This document shows, one piece after another, positions 24,956 through 33,583 of a DNA stretch of 64,000 bases. Every line of letters starts with the position of its first letter. Positions within the stretch are counted from its first letter, which is position 1. The position numbers were made by a program, and so were the translations under genes. The notes under the pieces were generated by a model. The model was not told the origin of the DNA. It was given only the letters and a program-made list of their open reading frames with translations, and did no database searches. This DNA comes from an uncultured Acidobacteriota bacterium (lineage in GTDB: Bacteria; Acidobacteriota; Vicinamibacteria; Vicinamibacterales; CAVVIG01): positions 770,278-834,277 of the forward strand of contig CAWBXO010000004.1 in the NCBI GenBank assembly GCA_963792785.1, given 5' to 3'.

Positions 24956-24957
24956 AG

Positions 24958-25431
24958 TTACCAGCGGTAATGCGCGAACGCCTTGTTCGCTTCGGCCATG
25001 CGGTGCGTGTCTTCGCGCTTCTTCACCGCGCCGCCGCGCAGGTTCGAGGCGTCCATGAACTCGTTGGCGAGCTTCTCTTCCATCGTCTTGCCGTCGCCGC
25101 GCGAGCGCGCGAAGCTCACCAGCCAGCGGATGCTCAGCGAGAGGCGGCGGCTCGGGTTCACCTCGACGGGCACCTGGTAGTTCGACCCGCCGACGCGCCG
25201 CGACTTCACCTCGAGGCTCGGCTTGACGTTGTCGACCGCCTTCTTGAACACCTTGAGCGGGTCGTCGCCGGTCTTGTCCTTGATGATGTCGAAGCTCTTA
25301 TAGAAGATGTGCTCCGCCGTGCTTCGCTTGCCGCCGCGCATGATGGTGCTGATGAACTTGGTGACGAGCGCGCTCTGGTAGAGCGGGTCCGCCGGGGTAA
25401 CGCGCTTCGAAATGACTCGTCTGCGTGGCAT
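24958..25431 (-). CDS. rpsG: 30S ribosomal protein S7
   Basis: [18 protein letters not shown]. Confidence 0.97.
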   Translation of the reverse strand: MPRRRVISKRVTPADPLYQSALVTKFISTIMRGGKRSTAEHIFYKSFDIIKDKTGDDPLKVFKKAVDNVKPSLEVKSRRVGGSNYQVPVEVNPSRRLSLSIRWLVSFARSRGDGKTMEEKLANEFMDASNLRGGAVKKREDTHRMAEANKAFAHYRW

Positions 25432-25433
25432 GG

Positions 25434-25811
25434 CTAAGCCTTCTTCGGACGCTTCGCGCCGTATTTCGACCGGCCCTGCATGCGCCCCTGAACGCCGACC
25501 GCGTCCAGCGTGCCGCGCACGACGTGGTAGCGCACGCCCGGCAGATCCTTCACGCGGCCGCCCCGGATGAGCACCAGCGAGTGCTCCTGCAGGTTATGGC
25601 CGACGCCGGGAATGTAGGTGGTGACCTCGATGCCGTTCGTCAGACGCACGCGCGCGACCTTGCGCAACGCCGAGTTCGGCTTCTTCGGCGTCTGGGTAAA
25701 GACGCGCACGCACACGCCACGCTTCTGCGGGCTGTTCTGGAGCGCCGGGCTTTTGGTCTTGCTGACGATCTTCTTCCGCCCCGCGCGAACGAGCTGGCTG
25801 ATAGTCGGCAT
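25434..25811 (-). CDS. rpsL: 30S ribosomal protein S12
   Basis: [14 protein letters not shown] ... [16 protein letters not shown]. The upstream M at 25853 adds non-homologous residues. Confidence 0.97.
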   Translation of the reverse strand: MPTISQLVRAGRKKIVSKTKSPALQNSPQKRGVCVRVFTQTPKKPNSALRKVARVRLTNGIEVTTYIPGVGHNLQEHSLVLIRGGRVKDLPGVRYHVVRGTLDAVGVQGRMQGRSKYGAKRPKKA

Positions 25812-25989
25812 GAGCTTCCGTTCAACATCGGCGTCCGTCACAAATACCCACACGCTCGGCCGCGGACGCCCGCGCGGGCCGATGTGGTTGCTTCAGGCCT
25901 TGAAGCCGCGAGGCTTGGCACCTGAAAACGCGTTACCCTATGGTTCGAATGTGTCGCGACGGACGGTCTTGGGAGACTCTTCCTGCGAG

Positions 25990-26022
25990 GTTGACGACTA
26001 GATAGGGTGTCCTAGCGTCAAC
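25990..26022 (-). other. Stem-loop in the rpsL leader region
   Basis: GTTGACGACTAG (25990-26001) pairs with CTAGCGTCAAC (26012-26022) with one bulge and a 10-nt loop. Confidence 0.45.
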
Positions 26023-26033
26023 AGAACCTGACG

Positions 26034-26063
26034 AATATAGCATGCCGTCACGGACACCCGCAA
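26034..26063 (-). promoter_or_regulatory. Candidate sigma-70-type promoter for the str/S10/spc/alpha cluster
   Basis: Minus strand reads TTGCGG, an 18-nt spacer, then TATATT. It lies in an AT-enriched patch about 220 nt upstream of rpsL. Confidence 0.25.
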
Positions 26064-26189
26064 CTGCCGCGCAAACGGGCGAGGCTCCAACGGGCGCCGC
26101 CAGCCCTCACCCGGCCACCCCCCTCCACGATTTCAGATATATTGATGTTCCGGTGGCCCGCCGCCGCTGCGATCTATAGAGGTGTCAGC

Positions 26190-26737
26190 ATGATGCCGAG
26201 GATCCTCGTTTCGTCCTCCCCGCCATCGGGGCCCTGGCGCTCGCCGCCGGCCTCTCGCCCCTCCCGGTCCATGCCCAGGCGCCGCTGATCGGACCCGCCC
26301 GTGTTGGCCCGTTCGTGGGGACCGCCAGCGGGGCGGGAAGCACCTTGTTCGCCCGGCCGATCCAGCCGCTGACGGCCGCCCAGGCCCCGCAGGCCCCGGC
26401 CGCCCCGACCAACCTGCAGGTCCTCCCGAAGGACATCGCCCGCGCCGACCTGCTCGCCACGATGCGCAGTTTTACGCAGGCCCTCGGCGTCGACTGCACC
26501 TACTGCCACGTCCGGGAGGGCCGCGGCGGCCGGAACGACATGGCCTCCGATGAAAAAGCCACGAAACTGACTGCCCGCGTGATGATGCGGATGGTCGACC
26601 ACGTCAACGAGACCCTGGCCTCGGACCTCGGCAAGCCCGCCGCCGACGTCGTGAAGGTCGAGTGCGCCACGTGCCATCGCGGGCAGGCGATTCCCAAGGT
26701 GGAGCCGCCTGCGGCCCCGCCCGCGGCCGCACGGTAG
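26190..26737 (+). CDS. Secreted c-type cytochrome with two CxxCH motifs (reaction-centre cytochrome c-like fold), apparent 1-nt deletion in the signal-peptide region
   Basis: CTYCH and CATCH haem motifs. ATGATG at 26190 gives MMPRILVSSS. The hydrophobic signal AIGALALAAGLSPLPVHAQA is in the next frame after a C4 run near 26216-26221. The ORF-track frame has no start before 26315. Confidence 0.6.
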
Positions 26738-26749
26738 GGCCGAGACGCC

Positions 26750-28498
26750 ATGGACAGGCTGGTCCGGATCGTTCGCGACCGCGGGTTGAGGCTGGGCCTC
26801 GGCCTCGCCATCGCGGTGGCGATCCCGACGGGCCTGCTCTTTTACTTCCAGTTCCAGTCGCTCGAGGCCCTCGGGCGCAGCTCGTCGGTCGTCCTCACGC
26901 AGCTCAGCCAGGAAACCGCGGACGGCCTCGCCAACACCATCGTCGACTCGCTGAAGGCCCCGTTCATGGAAGGCCTGCTGCGCACGACCCAGGCGCAGAC
27001 CGAGCCGCTCAACCTGCCCTTCATCCAGAGCGCGTTCGAGGGCGCCCTCGATCGCAGCGCGTTCGTCACGCGCTTCTACGTCTGGTCGGACGAAACGGAC
27101 CAGCACCGCGGACAGCTGCTCGCGTACAATCGCCGCGAGCCCGACTTCGAGATCAATCCGCCCGAGTCGACGGTGCTCGTCGACAAGGTGCGCGAGCTCT
27201 CGGCGCAGAAGCGGGCGCCGATCGTGTTCACGATGACCGACGCCGGCCGCGAGTACTACGTCCAGGCGCAGCTGCGCTTCACGTATCCCTCGCGCGACCG
27301 GCTCACGAGCTTCGTGGCCTTTTCGGTCGACGCCCAGAGCCTGCGGTCGGAGTTCTTCCCGGCGCTGCTCGCGACGCGCGCCCACGCGTGGCCGGCGCCC
27401 ACCGGCTTCCCGCCGCTCGTCGTCACGCTCATCGACGACCAGGGGCAGGTCGTGTACCCGCCGGGCGGGACGGCGCCTCGGACGTACGTGGATGAGCGCG
27501 AGATCCCCCTGGTGTTCCTCGATCGCGAGCTGTTCCGCCTCGCGGGCACGGTGGACACCTCGGGCGCCGACAGCCCCGGCGCGGCCGTCTGGCGGCTGCG
27601 CACGGGATACGGCGACCAGACGATTCCGGAGATCATCGCCGCCCGCGCGGCGCCGATCCGGGCCATCATGACCGTGCTCGCCGTCGTGCTCGCGCTCGGC
27701 GTGTTCTTCGTGTCACGCGCCGCCGCGCGCGAAGTCCGGCTGGCCGAGATGAAGGCGAACTTCGTCTCGAGCGTGTCGCACGACCTGAAGACGCCGCTGG
27801 CGCTGATCCAGCTCTTCGCGGAGACGCTCGAGCTGGGACGACTGAAGAACACGGACCGCCAGCAGGAGTACTACCGCGTCATCAACGCGGAGGCGCGGAA
27901 GCTGACGCGGCGGATCAACAACCTCCTCGATTTCTCCAAGATCGAGGCCGGCCTGCGCCAGTACAAGCGCGAGCCCGAGGATCTCGCCGAGATCACGCGC
28001 CGCGTGCTGGAGTCGCTCGACAGCCAGTTCCGCCAGAGCCGTTTCACGGTGACGACGAAGATGGCGCCCGACGTGCCGCCCGTGATGGTGGACGTCGAGG
28101 CCGTCGAGCAGGCGCTCGAGAACGTGATCTCGAACGCGATCAAGTACTCCCCCGAGCGGCACGAGATCCTGGTGGAGGTGGACGCGGCGGGCGGCTACGG
28201 CCGCGTGCGCGTCACGGATCACGGCATCGGCATCCCGCCGCGTCTGCAGCGGCAGATCTTCCGGAAGTTCTACCGCGTCCAGGAGGACGCCCGGAAGGGC
28301 GCCCAGGGCACCGGCCTCGGCCTGGCGATCGTCGACCACATCATGCGCGCGCTCGGCGGCTCGGTCGCCGTCGAGAGCGAGCCGGGGCGCGGCAGCACGT
28401 TCACGCTCAATTTCCCGGTGTATCGAGGCGAGGCACATGGCAGCGAAACGGATACTGGTGATCGAGGACGAACCGCAGATGTTGCTCGGTCTGCGTGA
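26750..28498 (+). CDS. Sensor histidine kinase
   Basis: N-terminal TM segment. HisKA box SHDLKTPLALI. HATPase GTGLGLAIVDHIMRALGGSVAVESEPGRGSTF. Confidence 0.9.
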   Translation: MDRLVRIVRDRGLRLGLGLAIAVAIPTGLLFYFQFQSLEALGRSSSVVLTQLSQETADGLANTIVDSLKAPFMEGLLRTTQAQTEPLNLPFIQSAFEGALDRSAFVTRFYVWSDETDQHRGQLLAYNRREPDFEINPPESTVLVDKVRELSAQKRAPIVFTMTDAGREYYVQAQLRFTYPSRDRLTSFVAFSVDAQSLRSEFFPALLATRAHAWPAPTGFPPLVVTLIDDQGQVVYPPGGTAPRTYVDEREIPLVFLDRELFRLAGTVDTSGADSPGAAVWRLRTGYGDQTIPEIIAARAAPIRAIMTVLAVVLALGVFFVSRAAAREVRLAEMKANFVSSVSHDLKTPLALIQLFAETLELGRLKNTDRQQEYYRVINAEARKLTRRINNLLDFSKIEAGLRQYKREPEDLAEITRRVLESLDSQFRQSRFTVTTKMAPDVPPVMVDVEAVEQALENVISNAIKYSPERHEILVEVDAAGGYGRVRVTDHGIGIPPRLQRQIFRKFYRVQEDARKGAQGTGLGLAIVDHIMRALGGSVAVESEPGRGSTFTLNFPVYRGEAHGSETDTGDRGRTADVARSA

Positions 28499-29123
28499 CA
28501 ACCTCGAACTCGAAGGCTACGAGGTGCTCACGGCGGCGGACGGCGAGGACGGACTCGCCAAGGCGATCTCGAGCGCGCCCGATCTGGTGCTGCTCGACAT
28601 CACGCTCCCGAACAAGAACGGGTTCGACGTGTGCCGCGAGCTGCGCGCCCGGGCGAACCCCACGCCGGTCGTGATGCTCACGGCCCGCTCCCAGGAAACC
28701 GACAAGGTGCTCGGCCTCGAGCTCGGCGCCGACGACTACGTCACCAAGCCGTTCAGCATCACCGAGCTCCTCGCGCGCGTCCGCGCCGTGCTCCGCCGCG
28801 GCGGCGCGCGGCCCACGGGCCTCGAGACCTGCCGCATCGGCGACGTCGAGATCGACTTCCGCACCCACCAGGCGCACCGCGGCGCCGAGCGCCTCGACTT
28901 CACCGCCCGCGAGTTCGACCTGCTCCGCTACCTGGTCGCCCACAAGGGCGAGGTGGTCACGCGCGAGCAGATCCTGAACGAGGTCTGGGGCTACGAGGAG
29001 TCGCCGACCACCCGCACCATCGACAACTTCGTGGCCAAGCTGCGGCAGAAAGTGGAACGGTCGCCGCGCGAGCCCGAGCACATCCTGACCGTGCACGGGA
29101 CCGGCTACAAGTTCGTCGGCTGA
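28437..29123 (+). CDS. OmpR/PhoB-family response regulator
   Basis: Receiver domain ILVIEDEP...DLVLLDITLP plus winged-helix LTAREFDLLRYLVAHKGEVVTREQIL. Confidence 0.93.
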   Translation: MAAKRILVIEDEPQMLLGLRDNLELEGYEVLTAADGEDGLAKAISSAPDLVLLDITLPNKNGFDVCRELRARANPTPVVMLTARSQETDKVLGLELGADDYVTKPFSITELLARVRAVLRRGGARPTGLETCRIGDVEIDFRTHQAHRGAERLDFTAREFDLLRYLVAHKGEVVTREQILNEVWGYEESPTTRTIDNFVAKLRQKVERSPREPEHILTVHGTGYKFVG

Positions 29124-29125
29124 CG

Positions 29126-30457
29126 CTAGGCTCCCGAGCCGGACACCGGGAGCCGCGCGAGCACGTGGTCCCGCACCCAGCGGGCGTCCCACCACTCGAG
29201 CGGATTGACGGGCACGCCGTCCAGGAACAGCCCGAAGTGCAGGTGGTCGCCGCCGGCCAGCCCGGTCGCGCCGCTGCGGCCGATGATGTCGCCCTTCGTC
29301 ACGGCCTGCCCGGGTTGGACGTCGATCTGGCTCAGATGCCCATAGAGCGACAGCAGCCCCGCCCCATGGTCGATGATGACGGCGTTCCCGTAGATCCCGA
29401 AGTACTCGGCCAGCATCACGCGACCGGTGTTGCCGGCCTCGACGGGCGTGCGCGCGACCACCGAGAGGTCGAACCCGACGTGATCCTGCCGATCGACGAT
29501 CTCGCCGCCGTAGACGTACGCCCGGTGGTCGGCGAACACGGCCTCGACCTGGGAGTTGCTGAGCTGCACGAACGCGCCGTCCCATAGGAACTGCGGCGCG
29601 GACCGTTTCGCCAGCTCGGCGATCGCCGCGTGGTTGACGCGGCGCAGGTTCGCGTTGATCTCCACGTAGTTCTTGACGAGGCTTCCCTGGTCCCGCACCG
29701 ACGGGGTGTGCGACATGATCTCGGTGACCACCTTGTTCAGGAACGCGTCGTCCAGCTCGATGGTCCGGCTGCGGAACGTCTTCGGAATCACCTGGTGCGG
29801 CACGTCCACGGCGGTCTCGTTGCCGGCGGCGTCCCGGGCCAGCAGCCGGATCGGCGTGTCGGGCGGCTGGTCGTAGGCGAGCGCGAAGAGCGCGATCCAG
29901 GTGTCGCCGTTCCGGACGCCGGGGAAGAAGTGCTCGCCCACCTGCACGCCGTGGACCAGACCCTCCGGCTGATTGTCGTCGACCGTGTAGGCGACGCACT
30001 CCGACCCGCCCTGGTTGATGTAGTGCAGTCCGGGAGCCGCGTCGAGTCGGGGCGGCGTCACATCGACGGTGAACGCCTTCGTGAGCGTCGCTTCGTTGCC
30101 GCGTCCCAGGCGGCGCAGCGCGGCGTCGGTCGCCGTCACGGACAGTTCGGCCGGCCCCTCCGCCAGCCCGCCCGCCGCTTCGATCAGCGCACCGACGTCG
30201 TAGGTGTGTTCGGCCACGGCGTCGAACGCGTCGTCGGCCAGCACGGCGTCGCGATCGCCTTGCCGCAGGTGAATAGCGACGTGCCGCAGGCCCGCACCCG
30301 GATCCGACACGGCGACGGCGATGTGTGGATTCCGGCCGACAAGGGTGATGTCCGGCGTGATGGTGACGGCCGGCGCCGAGCCTTCCCACCGCCGGTACGT
30401 GGAGGCGGCGGCGCCGACGAGCACGACGAGGACCGCGACGAGCAGCAGGCGCTTCAT
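29126..30457 (-). CDS. M23-family metallopeptidase, secreted
   Basis: MKRLLLVAVLVVLVGAAAS signal or anchor. C-terminal LytM motifs including GGDHLHFGLFLDG. ATG at 30457 has AGGGG upstream. Confidence 0.85.
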   Translation of the reverse strand: MKRLLLVAVLVVLVGAAASTYRRWEGSAPAVTITPDITLVGRNPHIAVAVSDPGAGLRHVAIHLRQGDRDAVLADDAFDAVAEHTYDVGALIEAAGGLAEGPAELSVTATDAALRRLGRGNEATLTKAFTVDVTPPRLDAAPGLHYINQGGSECVAYTVDDNQPEGLVHGVQVGEHFFPGVRNGDTWIALFALAYDQPPDTPIRLLARDAAGNETAVDVPHQVIPKTFRSRTIELDDAFLNKVVTEIMSHTPSVRDQGSLVKNYVEINANLRRVNHAAIAELAKRSAPQFLWDGAFVQLSNSQVEAVFADHRAYVYGGEIVDRQDHVGFDLSVVARTPVEAGNTGRVMLAEYFGIYGNAVIIDHGAGLLSLYGHLSQIDVQPGQAVTKGDIIGRSGATGLAGGDHLHFGLFLDGVPVNPLEWWDARWVRDHVLARLPVSGSGA

Positions 30458-30531
30458 GCCCCTAGGTACCACACTCGGGCGCCCGGCGGAAATATGGCGA
30501 ACGGTTTATCGTTGAGCCTAACGGCCAACCG

Positions 30532-31374
30532 CTAACGGCTACTCGTCCAGTCGAACTGCGCGACGACGGCCGTGCAGTTGTCGTGGCTGCCGCGCTCGAT
30601 CGCGGCGGCGACCAGGCGCGCCGCCAGCGCGCGAGGCTCGCCCGCGTGCCCGCCCCCGAACACGATCCGCGACAGCTCGCCCTCGTCGAGCGTGTCGTGC
30701 ACGCCGTCGGTCGTCAGCACCAGCAGTTCCCCGCCCTCCAGCGTCTCTTCCACGACGTGCACGTCGGTGCCGATCCGCGAGCCGACGACGTTGGTGAGCG
30801 CGCCGCGCATGGGATGGTGGCGGAAGCGGGAAGCATCGGCCGACGGCTCGCGCGAGAGCAGCGTCGCCATCCACGAATCGTCTTCGGTGAGGAGACGCAG
30901 GCAGCCGCGCCCCGCGACGTAGAGACGGCTGTCCCCGACGTGCGCCACGGAGAGGCGGGTGCCAGCGACGAGCGCGCTCACCACCGTCGTGCCCATCCCC
31001 ACCAGCCCGGTTCCGGTGACGGCGGCTTCGAGGACGCGGAGGCCGGCGAGCTGAATCGCGGTCCGCAGAAGGTTGCCCGGCTCGGAGAGCGTCTTGTCGA
31101 AGCCCATCGGCCAGGGATCCGAGGCCGGCTCGGACGGCCGCGCGCGCTCGCGGACGGCCTCGCGCACGGCATCGACCGCCAGGCGCGCCGCGACTTCCCC
31201 GCCCTGGTGCCCGCCGATGCCGTCGGCCACCACGCAGAATCCGAGGTCTTCCTCGATCGCGAAGCAATCTTCGTTGGTCGGCCGCGTCCGACCCCGGTCG
31301 CTGACCCCGTACGCTCTGAGCACGCTCTCGCCCCGGCAGTGTGATCCGGCCGGCCCCGCGCCGACACCCGTCAC
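30532..31374 (-). CDS. PP2C-family Ser/Thr protein phosphatase (start uncertain, GTG at 31374 or 31323)
   Basis: SDRGRTRPTNEDCF, ADGIGGH, GDSRLY, LTTDGVHD, SHDNCT. Confidence 0.85.
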   Translation of the reverse strand: MTGVGAGPAGSHCRGESVLRAYGVSDRGRTRPTNEDCFAIEEDLGFCVVADGIGGHQGGEVAARLAVDAVREAVRERARPSEPASDPWPMGFDKTLSEPGNLLRTAIQLAGLRVLEAAVTGTGLVGMGTTVVSALVAGTRLSVAHVGDSRLYVAGRGCLRLLTEDDSWMATLLSREPSADASRFRHHPMRGALTNVVGSRIGTDVHVVEETLEGGELLVLTTDGVHDTLDEGELSRIVFGGGHAGEPRALAARLVAAAIERGSHDNCTAVVAQFDWTSSR

Positions 31375-31384
31375 GTCTCGTGGA

Positions 31385-32051
31385 CTATCGGCCCGCCGGG
31401 TGAGCGCCTGTATAAGAAATGCTGTGCAGTCGGCGGAGATCGTGGTCCGGGAGGGCGAGGCCGAAGCGCTCGGTGAGCAGCGACGCGTAGTCGGTGAGGC
31501 CGGCGAGCGCTGCTGGTCGAGGCAGCGCTCGTCGAATTCGCCGAGCATCCGTTCGCGCAGCGTGAACGCGTACTGCGGCCGCCACGCGCCCGCCCCGTCG
31601 CGGCGCTCGAGGCACCAGCCGTCCGTGGACTCCGCGGCCTCGACCAGGCGGAACGCCTGCCCGGCCGGCTCGACGACCCGCCCCGCGACGAGCGGGACCG
31701 GTTCGAGGAACGAGTCTCCGAAGCCGACGTCGGCGATCCACGAGCGCACGTCGCCCTCGGCGGGGGGCCGGCCGTCCGGCAGGCCCACTCTGAGCACGAG
31801 GTGGTCGAACTCCGGGCTGAAGGTGCCATCGGACCGCGCCACCCTGGCTGACAGGAGCGTGGCGCGAAAGCCCAGCTCCCCGAGCAGCCACGCGAACAGG
31901 CCGTTCAGTTCGTAGCAGAAGCGCCGCGTCGATCGGCGGCGATTTTGGCGAAGAGGTGCGCCACGGGCAGGTCCCGGAGCGTGATCCATTCGGGATCGCG
32001 CGGCCCCCCGAACCCGATGCGCTGCAGATAGCGGCCGGCGTCGCGGGCCAT
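31385..32051 (-). pseudogene. Arylamine N-acetyltransferase (NAT) remnant spread over three reading frames
   Basis: MARDAGRYLQRIGF ... LFAKIAADRRG is in frame 1. FCYELNGLFAWLLGELGF ... ADVGFG ... QRSPAS is in frame 2, which is fused by ORF to the PP2C gene. LTDYASLLTERFGLALPD plus the stop is in frame 3. Compared with my recollection of typical NATs, roughly 28 aa before the RGG-Cys motif and roughly 40 aa near the C-terminus appear to be missing. Confidence 0.65.
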
Positions 32052-32083
32052 GCCCCACTCTGCCACAGAGCGGGCGGCGTAAG

Positions 32084-33580
32084 ATGGAGTCGATGAGCGA
32101 TCGCGCGCTGAACCACATCGGCGGCCGGTGGGCATGGCCCGAGGGCGCCCCGTCGATTGCCTCACGCAACCCGGCGGACTGGCGCGAGGTCGTCGCCACC
32201 ACGCCCGACTCGCCCGTCTCCAGCGTGGATGCGGCCGTCGCGGCCGCCCGTGCGGCGCTGCCCGGCTGGCGGCGGACGCCGCCGCCCCGGCGCGGCGACC
32301 TGATCCGGCGCGCGGCGGAGATTCTCACGCGCGAGAAGGATCGCCTCGGCCATCTGGTGAGCCGCGAGATGGGCAAGCCGCTGGCCGAGGGCCTGGGCGA
32401 CGTGCAGGAAGCGATCGACATGGCCCACCTCGCCGCGGGCGAGGGCCGGCGGCTCTACGGCGAAACGGTGCCGTCGGAGCTGCCCGACAAGCTGGCGCTC
32501 ACGTTCCGGGAGCCCGTCGGCGTCTGCGGCCTGATCACCCCGTGGAACTTCCCCACCGCGATTCCCGCGTGGAAGGGCTTCCACGCGCTGATCTGCGGCA
32601 ACACGTTCGTCCTGAAGCCGGCCGAGGACGTGCCGGCCTGCGCCGCCGAGTTCGTGACGTGCCTCGAGGAGGCCGGCTTCCCGTCCGGCGTCGTGAACCT
32701 CGTGCAGGGCCGCGGCGAGATTGTCGGGGCCGCGCTCGTCGATCACCCCGGCGTCGATCTCATCTCCTTCACGGGCTCGTCGGAAGTCGGCGCGCGCGTC
32801 GGCGGGCGGTGCGCGGCGCGACACGCGAACGTCAGCCTCGAGATGGGCGGGAAGAACGCGCAGATCGTCATGGGGGACGCCGACCTGGATCTGGCGCTCG
32901 ACGGCGTGCTCTGGGGCGCCTTCGGCACGGCCGGCCAGCGCTGCACGGCCACCAGCCGGCTGATCGTCGACCGCGCCGTGCACGACGAGTTCCTCGGCCG
33001 CCTCTGCGAACGCGCGGGGCGCCTGCGGCTCGGCGCCGGCACGGACGCGTCCACCGAGGTCTGCCCGCTCGTAAACGAGCAGCAGTTCGATCGCGTGATG
33101 GGCTACATCCAGACCGGCGTCGCCGAGGGCGCCCGCCTCGTGCTCGGCGGCCATGATGCCCGGCGCGATGGCCGCGAGCACGGCTGGTTCGTCGAGCCGA
33201 CGATCTTCGCCGGCGTCACGCCCCGGATGCGGATCTTCCGCGAGGAGATCTTCGGACCGGTGCTCTCCGTGGTGCCGGCCGGCTCGCTCGACGAGGCGGT
33301 CCGCCTGCTGAACGATTCCGCCTACGGCCTGTCGTCGTCCATCTATACGCGCGACGTGAACGCCGCCCTCCACGCCGTGCGAGAGATCGAGGCGGGCATC
33401 GTGTACGTGAACGGCCCGACCATCGGCGCCGAGGTGCAGCTCCCGTTCGGCGGGGTGAAGAAGACGGGCAACGGCCATCGCGAGGCCGGGCGCACCGGCC
33501 TCGACATCTTCAGCGAGTGGAAGTCGGTCTTCGTGGACTACAGCGGCCGGCTGCAGAAGGCGCAGATCGACGTCGGCTGA
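32084..33580 (+). CDS. NAD(P)-dependent aldehyde dehydrogenase
   Basis: 498 aa. ITPWNFP, VSLEMGGKN, GQRCTA catalytic Cys, EEIFGPV. Confidence 0.92.
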   Translation: MESMSDRALNHIGGRWAWPEGAPSIASRNPADWREVVATTPDSPVSSVDAAVAAARAALPGWRRTPPPRRGDLIRRAAEILTREKDRLGHLVSREMGKPLAEGLGDVQEAIDMAHLAAGEGRRLYGETVPSELPDKLALTFREPVGVCGLITPWNFPTAIPAWKGFHALICGNTFVLKPAEDVPACAAEFVTCLEEAGFPSGVVNLVQGRGEIVGAALVDHPGVDLISFTGSSEVGARVGGRCAARHANVSLEMGGKNAQIVMGDADLDLALDGVLWGAFGTAGQRCTATSRLIVDRAVHDEFLGRLCERAGRLRLGAGTDASTEVCPLVNEQQFDRVMGYIQTGVAEGARLVLGGHDARRDGREHGWFVEPTIFAGVTPRMRIFREEIFGPVLSVVPAGSLDEAVRLLNDSAYGLSSSIYTRDVNAALHAVREIEAGIVYVNGPTIGAEVQLPFGGVKKTGNGHREAGRTGLDIFSEWKSVFVDYSGRLQKAQIDVG

Positions 33581-33583
33581 GCG

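Noticed and set aside
30473-30531. Repeated TAACGGC words between the PP2C stop and the M23 peptidase start.
   Set aside because: There are only two or three short copies with irregular spacing, which is insufficient to call a repeat or operator.
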